A DNA stretch of 64,000 nt from a virus: positions 8,928-72,927 of the IMG/VR virus record IMGVR_UViG_3300017971_000276, one strand, 5' to 3'. This document shows positions 58,559-64,000 of this stretch, piece after piece; position 1 is the stretch's first letter, and each line of letters opens with the position of its first letter. The notes beneath the pieces were generated by a model, which made no database searches, was not told where the DNA came from, and worked only from the letters and a program-made list of their open reading frames with translations. A program made the position numbers and the translations under genes.

Positions 58559-60724
58559 ATGTCATTAAAGACTACATATAAGGAATATATTCTTGAACAA
58601 CTAGCTCTTGAATATCTTAAAGATGGAACGATTCCAACAGCAGAACAGCTTGAACAAGATCTAGAGACATATCAAGAAATTCATCCTGACCTGTCGCTCC
58701 CGAAGTCTAAATACATTGATTTTAATGTAGATAGAGGAGACAATTCTAGTGCTAACAAGATCCATACAATAGCAGATACTGTCTCTAGTGATGTTGGCGT
58801 CGTAGTTAGAGAGGTCTATAGTTTAGCAAAGAAGGCATCTAAATTTTATGAGAGATGGTCCTTTGAAAGCAAACGTCTCGCTGCAAAAGCACAAAAACTT
58901 GAACAAAGAGTAGATTCGCTCCTCCTATTAGCTAATTATACTACAGGATACTTTGCTTCTGTTGCAGATGTTTTTACAGATATGAATCTTGTAGATACAG
59001 ATAACACAGATGCATACATAAATGTAGACGAGCAAGTTGTTACTCTTAATCCAGGAACTGAAGAAGTTGGGGCAGTTAAAGAAGTAAATATGAATGATCT
59101 AACTGATCTTGATGTTGAATTCTATCCTTTGACTCGTCGACCTGGAACTTCTGTTTTTGATGTAAGTAGTAATAATAATCTTGTTCAAGCATTTAAGACA
59201 CAAGACACCACTTGGGTTGGGAAGGTTACTTCTTCAATCTCTGGCAGCATGACATGTGAACTAAAAGCACATATCTCAAAGGACAAAGATGTGGAGGTTT
59301 CTCGTATTGCCTTTGACTATACAGGACCTACTTCTCAACGAGCAACTGTTACTGCTATGTATTCTCAAGATGGATATATTTGGAATATTGTTCCTACAAA
59401 TGAAGCAACCAAACCTCTCCTGTCTAATATGTCTTGGTCTTTCTCTTCTACTTCAATGCGATGGATTAAGTTTATTTTTTACAAGAACGCTTCTGACTCA
59501 GGACAGTATGAGTATGATTTTTCTTGTCGCCATATTCGGGCCTATGGGGCTTCTTATTATGAAGGTCGTGGAAACACATTTATTAGCAAGCCATTATCGA
59601 CTATGGATATAAAAGATAATATTGTTGGTTTTAATCTTGCTCAGCTAGATGTATGTGAGAATGTTCCTAACGATACAGATATAAAATATTATTTGTCTGC
59701 CTCTAAGGACAACTCAACATGGACTAATTGGTTTAATGTATTACCTTCTCAGAGAGACGAAGTTAAGTATCCTAAAGTAATAAGTTTTTCTGGGGCTGAC
59801 TGGAAAAGTAGTGAGGACTCTACTGTCATTGCTCTTAATAGTACTTATGGTGCCGATACTCTTGTAACTACCTTTGATTCTTCAATTACGGTAAACAGTA
59901 CTACACGTGATATTTTGCAGTATCGTTTTAAGAATAATACTTTCGCTGCAGTAAATACTGCTATTCCAGTCAGTGAAGAAGAAGATCCAGATACTATTTC
60001 GAATAGTATAGTCCTCTGGAGAAATATTAGGTACAAGGATTCTTATCCTGATACTTCTACTGTTCGTGGAGTTGCAAGAGGATGGGGGCTTCGTGAACAA
60101 GTTTATTCTTGTTATTTTGAAATCCTTTCCTCAGGAGGCAAACTTTTAGACTTTGGAGACAGAGAATGTGTGCTTGATGGGAAATCAGTTAGTGGTGTCG
60201 TTAAGATTCCTGCTGGGGTTCATAAGTTTGAGACGCTTCTTGATAATTGGTTTGACATCTCTGATAACTATGTAGAGGCTGTTGGTTCTGGAGGGACTGT
60301 AACAACGGAAGAAACTCTTAAGTCTATTGATCCTCTTTATCCTCATAATCACAAGTTGATTATTGAAGGTTTTCCATATGTGTCTGGTTTTAAAGGTGAC
60401 CAGGTTTATCCTGGCACTGATTATTCTGCAGAATTTTATACAACAAAGACAAGCCTCTTTGATCTTGAGAACAAGATTGAGGAATACGGTTATTTTGCAG
60501 TTAGAGGAGTAGGCAAAAATGACACAGCGGCTACGTTATCTGTTTTCGTTCGTTATGATCCTAGTGATCCTGATTATACCAATGAATTGTTCGTCACCAA
60601 ATGGAGAGTTGGACAATCAGGAAACGAGATGTACAAATATGTTAAACTCAAAGCAGAGTTTTTGTCAGAAAGTACATCACTAACACCAGCTTTAAATTCT
60701 TATCGAATAAAGCTTGGCTTATAA
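58559..60724 (+). CDS. Virion structural protein, paralog C
   Basis: 721 aa; DTTWVG..., GNTFISKP, C-terminal TPALNSYRI (compare TPELYEYAV in paralog A). Confidence 0.6.
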   Translation: MSLKTTYKEYILEQLALEYLKDGTIPTAEQLEQDLETYQEIHPDLSLPKSKYIDFNVDRGDNSSANKIHTIADTVSSDVGVVVREVYSLAKKASKFYERWSFESKRLAAKAQKLEQRVDSLLLLANYTTGYFASVADVFTDMNLVDTDNTDAYINVDEQVVTLNPGTEEVGAVKEVNMNDLTDLDVEFYPLTRRPGTSVFDVSSNNNLVQAFKTQDTTWVGKVTSSISGSMTCELKAHISKDKDVEVSRIAFDYTGPTSQRATVTAMYSQDGYIWNIVPTNEATKPLLSNMSWSFSSTSMRWIKFIFYKNASDSGQYEYDFSCRHIRAYGASYYEGRGNTFISKPLSTMDIKDNIVGFNLAQLDVCENVPNDTDIKYYLSASKDNSTWTNWFNVLPSQRDEVKYPKVISFSGADWKSSEDSTVIALNSTYGADTLVTTFDSSITVNSTTRDILQYRFKNNTFAAVNTAIPVSEEEDPDTISNSIVLWRNIRYKDSYPDTSTVRGVARGWGLREQVYSCYFEILSSGGKLLDFGDRECVLDGKSVSGVVKIPAGVHKFETLLDNWFDISDNYVEAVGSGGTVTTEETLKSIDPLYPHNHKLIIEGFPYVSGFKGDQVYPGTDYSAEFYTTKTSLFDLENKIEEYGYFAVRGVGKNDTAATLSVFVRYDPSDPDYTNELFVTKWRVGQSGNEMYKYVKLKAEFLSESTSLTPALNSYRIKLGL

Positions 60725-60750
60725 TGATAAAATATTTTTGGAGGTTATAG

Positions 60751-62187
60751 ATGTCACAGTGGAATTGGTCATGGGTATCAACCCAAGATGACACACTTAA
60801 AGCTTCTAACTCTGTTGATCAGAGCGGAGGTACTCTCTATACATATAGGGCTGCTACTAGAGGGCAACTTAGTGCAGCTGAATTGAGCACCTCAATTGAT
60901 TCTATTTCTACGAATATCAATCAACAGTGGAGGCTTTGGGGATCATATGTCCGTCCACTTCTTGATTCTTTGCCTGCAGGACCAAGAGATCAGCGATGGC
61001 GTCCAGGTGTTGGCCTTCCAGAAAAAATTGATGCTCTTAATTTTGGTATTCAAGGAACAACTCTATTTGTCTTTAATGATGCTACCGCAGACAATGCATA
61101 TGGTAGGTATTGGGATACTTCAGCTGAACGACCATTAACTGTTGCTGAAGCCTTTGAAGATATTTGGACTGCTATCTCTAACATCTCGACATCTACTTCT
61201 GCTGGCAGTGGAACATTTGATGACACAAATCTTTGGTATGCTATTGGCAATAGATATGAAGACTCTTCTCTTACAAGTGCATCTTCTTCTCTAGACTCTA
61301 GGACTAGTCAGCTTGAGTCAAACATTAGTCAATTATCAGATGATCTTTATGGAGCATCTGAAGGTTTCGGGCCTTGGAATTTTGGAGTCCCGCTTTCTTA
61401 TAGTTTGGCTAAAAATATTGATGAGCTTCTTAAGCTCCATAATGTTTCTAGTGGATGGCAAAATGATCCTGCTGGTGTTAACCACTCAGGAATTGGAGGT
61501 AGTTCTCCTCCGTTTGCATATACTGATATTAGCCCGATGCCATCTCAAACTCTCTCTCAAGCTCGGGTCTCGCCTTATAACTCTTTATACAATGAGATTC
61601 TTAGAATACGTTGGGAGATTGCAAGAACACGAGGATCGTTAAATTACTATACAGACGTTATAGATCCTGTTACTAGTTCTGCTGGTGACTTAAGCACTCA
61701 CATGAACTATACAGGTTCTGGTTCTTCCTCCTCTTCTAACCCACATGGCATCAATTATGTAGATACTGGCCAAGAAACTGTTAATACTGCCATTCGTAGT
61801 TTTACAGGGATGTCTAGTAATGCTGACAGCTCTCCAACCTATTCTTCAAATTACTATATTACAGATGGTGATAGTTTAGAGACTGGCCTTGGAAAGCTTG
61901 ATACTGCTATTCATTCTTTCGCTGGCAGTGGTACAGTTACTAGACTAGAACAAGATTATGATAGATCTAGTCTGTCTGAAACTGTACGGGAACAAAACGC
62001 TATTACAATTAGCCATAACAGAGGCAAGTATCCTTTGGTTCAAGTATTAGATATCAGCCCACAAGAAGAAGATTATTATGGACAGTATGTATCTCCTGCC
62101 GTAGATATTAATGTTGTCCATCTTGACGATGATACATTTGAGATCTGGACTGGGGCTGCAATTATTAAAGTCATTGCTCTCTTCTAG
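60751..62187 (+). CDS. Putative tail fibre-associated protein
   Basis: 478 aa; NPHG, SLETGLGKLD and ISHNRGKYPLVQV motifs typical of fibre proteins. Confidence 0.55.
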   Translation: MSQWNWSWVSTQDDTLKASNSVDQSGGTLYTYRAATRGQLSAAELSTSIDSISTNINQQWRLWGSYVRPLLDSLPAGPRDQRWRPGVGLPEKIDALNFGIQGTTLFVFNDATADNAYGRYWDTSAERPLTVAEAFEDIWTAISNISTSTSAGSGTFDDTNLWYAIGNRYEDSSLTSASSSLDSRTSQLESNISQLSDDLYGASEGFGPWNFGVPLSYSLAKNIDELLKLHNVSSGWQNDPAGVNHSGIGGSSPPFAYTDISPMPSQTLSQARVSPYNSLYNEILRIRWEIARTRGSLNYYTDVIDPVTSSAGDLSTHMNYTGSGSSSSSNPHGINYVDTGQETVNTAIRSFTGMSSNADSSPTYSSNYYITDGDSLETGLGKLDTAIHSFAGSGTVTRLEQDYDRSSLSETVREQNAITISHNRGKYPLVQVLDISPQEEDYYGQYVSPAVDINVVHLDDDTFEIWTGAAIIKVIALF

Positions 62188-62199
62188 GAGTTTGAATAA

Positions 62200-64000
62200 A
62201 TGGGCAAAGTAAAACTAGATAGATCTAATTGGAGCACAATACAATTTGGTTCAGGTGTTCCAACTGGTGCGACTCCAGGGAATATATATTTTGACTCAAG
62301 TTCTGGCGATGTCTATTACAGAAGGTCACGAAGTCATTCATGGGCCAAAAGTGTTACTGGATACTGGGGCAGAGCTGGAACCGTTTTAAGTCCTTTGACT
62401 TCTGGTGACACAGCTCAAGCAGCAGGCTTTTATGCAGTAGACTCTTCTGCTGCTGTTTTATCAGCTCAAATGACAGGAAATGGAGCAGAGGAAGTTGCTC
62501 GCCTAGAACTAGCTGGAGAGGATTCTGCGACTAATAGGGAAGTCTATGGGTATGTAGCTGTTGATGCAGTTACAACTACTTCAGGCGCGGAAGATGGGAA
62601 GTTAGAATTTGGTGTTGTATGGGATGGTGTTCTGACTGAATTTATGTCGCTTAACAACGGAGGTACTGGTGACTTTATTTTCAATAGTCCTGATGGTGGA
62701 GATTTTAAGGCGTATGCTAATGGAGGAAACGTTTTAATACGGTCACAGGGAGATGGAACTGGATCTCCAATCAGTGTAGATCTGATAGGTCAAGGGTATT
62801 CCTCCGGAGAGAGGATTGACTTAGATATTACATCTACTTCTGTAGGAGATACTAATATTGATTTATTGAGCCAGTCTACTGCAGGCAATGGTCTGATAAC
62901 AGCCATTACTAAAGCGGCAACTGGGACCTCCACATGGACTGGCGGTGCTACCTCTTATGGAGCAACAGGCCCCTCTTCTGTTACAACAAATTTGTATGCG
63001 TTGAATGAATCCACAGGAACTGCTTCCGCCACTTTAAATGTCTATACAGATACTAGTTCAGGTCCATCTTCCGGTAATGCAACGGGTAACTACTATGCAT
63101 TGGCTGATTCGGGAGTCGCTGCTTCTAGTTTCTATTCTGAAACTGATACTGGTGTTGAATCTAATACTTACCTAAAAGCGACTTGCTCAGGAGGAACTGG
63201 ATCTTCTCAGGTGTTCATTGAGTCTAGTGCAGTAGGGGGGAATGCAACCTCTACACTAAATGCAAAATCTTCTGGTGGCACAGCAAGAGTTAAAGTTGGA
63301 TTTGTCTCTGGTAGTACTGGGCCTGACCAAGTTCAATTCGCTGATGTAAATGTTGTAGGTTCGACCTGGGCTGGGACACAAAGTTATTTAGAGCTCTCAG
63401 ACAGTCAAGCTGAGTGGAGCACTCTACATACTAATTTCACTTCTGGCTCATCTCTGATCAGTATGCTTAATACTCTTTTTGCCTCTGGCGGTGGCACTCT
63501 AGATGATGCCTACGACTTTGGAGGAGCTGGATCTGGTAGAACTATTGATGCTGATTCTGGAGCAGTTCGTATTACAGTAGACGACACAGATAACAATAAT
63601 GTTCTCGAATTACAGAGCAGAGAGACTACAAACAATAACAATCTTTTAGTACTTGAGAATCAAACATCAGGATCTAGTAATCCTGATGAAGCCTGTGATA
63701 TTTACATAACAGGTACGGACTCAAAAATTATTGCCCACAATGTAGACTCTTTGTTGGTATCGGCTGTTTCTGATACAGCACCAATAACAGCAGGGTTCTC
63801 TGCTGCTTCTGTTACAGCTGGAGTAAATACTCTTACACAAATTCAGGCTACTTCTACTACAGGGACTTGTGATGTTGTTATCGGTTCACTTGCTTCTTCT
63901 TCAGGAAATGCCTATGTAGGTGTTCATGCTTATTCTGCAAGTGGGTCTTCGTCTCTTGAAGTGGGTAGAGGAGAATATGCAGGGCCTACTTACTTTTATA
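62200..64000 (+). CDS. Tail fibre-like protein (3'-truncated, absent from ORF track)
   Basis: ATG 62200 after TAGGAG; frame open to the window end (MGKVKLDRSNWSTIQFGSGVPTGATPGNIYFD...TLDDAYDFGGAGSGRTIDADSGAV...); Ser/Thr/Gly-rich. Confidence 0.75.
   Translation, partial: MGKVKLDRSNWSTIQFGSGVPTGATPGNIYFDSSSGDVYYRRSRSHSWAKSVTGYWGRAGTVLSPLTSGDTAQAAGFYAVDSSAAVLSAQMTGNGAEEVARLELAGEDSATNREVYGYVAVDAVTTTSGAEDGKLEFGVVWDGVLTEFMSLNNGGTGDFIFNSPDGGDFKAYANGGNVLIRSQGDGTGSPISVDLIGQGYSSGERIDLDITSTSVGDTNIDLLSQSTAGNGLITAITKAATGTSTWTGGATSYGATGPSSVTTNLYALNESTGTASATLNVYTDTSSGPSSGNATGNYYALADSGVAASSFYSETDTGVESNTYLKATCSGGTGSSQVFIESSAVGGNATSTLNAKSSGGTARVKVGFVSGSTGPDQVQFADVNVVGSTWAGTQSYLELSDSQAEWSTLHTNFTSGSSLISMLNTLFASGGGTLDDAYDFGGAGSGRTIDADSGAVRITVDDTDNNNVLELQSRETTNNNNLLVLENQTSGSSNPDEACDIYITGTDSKIIAHNVDSLLVSAVSDTAPITAGFSAASVTAGVNTLTQIQATSTTGTCDVVIGSLASSSGNAYVGVHAYSASGSSSLEVGRGEYAGPTYFY

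Noticed and set aside
60720-60733. TATAAT and TGaTAAAAT elements before ORF 60751
   Set aside because: No credible -35, the element overlaps a stop codon, and AT-rich chance matches are likely
2046-61250. Many short minus-strand and alternate-frame ORFs in the track (for example 4256..4780, 11927..12412, 44656..45093)
   Set aside because: All overlap long + strand genes and show no recognisable motifs; they are best explained as shadow ORFs
1-64000. Alternative genetic code (TAG or TGA recoding, seen in some large phages)
   Set aside because: Coding density is near complete under the standard code, and TAG stops are followed directly by SD and ATG of the next gene
1-64000. CRISPR arrays, tRNAs, diversity-generating retroelement repeats, and an eCIS/tailocin interpretation
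   Set aside because: No spaced direct repeats, cloverleafs, reverse transcriptase or repeat pairs were seen by eye; terminase, portal and capsid genes show this is a true phage

Overview
The whole window is one densely packed, + strand virion morphogenesis region of a large myovirus (jumbo-phage-like). It uses the standard genetic code and is AT-rich. Gene order: terminase large subunit (3' part), four small or unknown genes, portal with a fused MuF-like tail, prohead protease/scaffold, putative head decoration protein, major capsid protein, neck genes, contractile tail sheath, three tail-tube paralogs, two tail chaperones, two very large tape-measure-like proteins, a giant baseplate hub with an M15 (YcbK/MepK-like) peptidase, baseplate wedge genes, and a long run of baseplate/fibre genes ending in a truncated fibre ORF. 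The main finding is the second tape-measure-like protein (26642-31045). It carries, in the correct order, look-alikes of the main catalytic motifs of a two-barrel RNA polymerase (beta-like then beta'-like) with a variant DFDKD catalytic loop, so it is a candidate single-chain virion RNAP. The adjacent tape-measure-like protein (21298-26637) has a LAGLIDADG intein and a degenerate SNase-like domain. Also found: a nested scaffold start, a near-consensus sigma70 promoter inside the portal gene, and extensive translational coupling. No tRNA, rRNA or CRISPR array was seen. All assignments come from motif recognition by eye and gene order; no database search was run.
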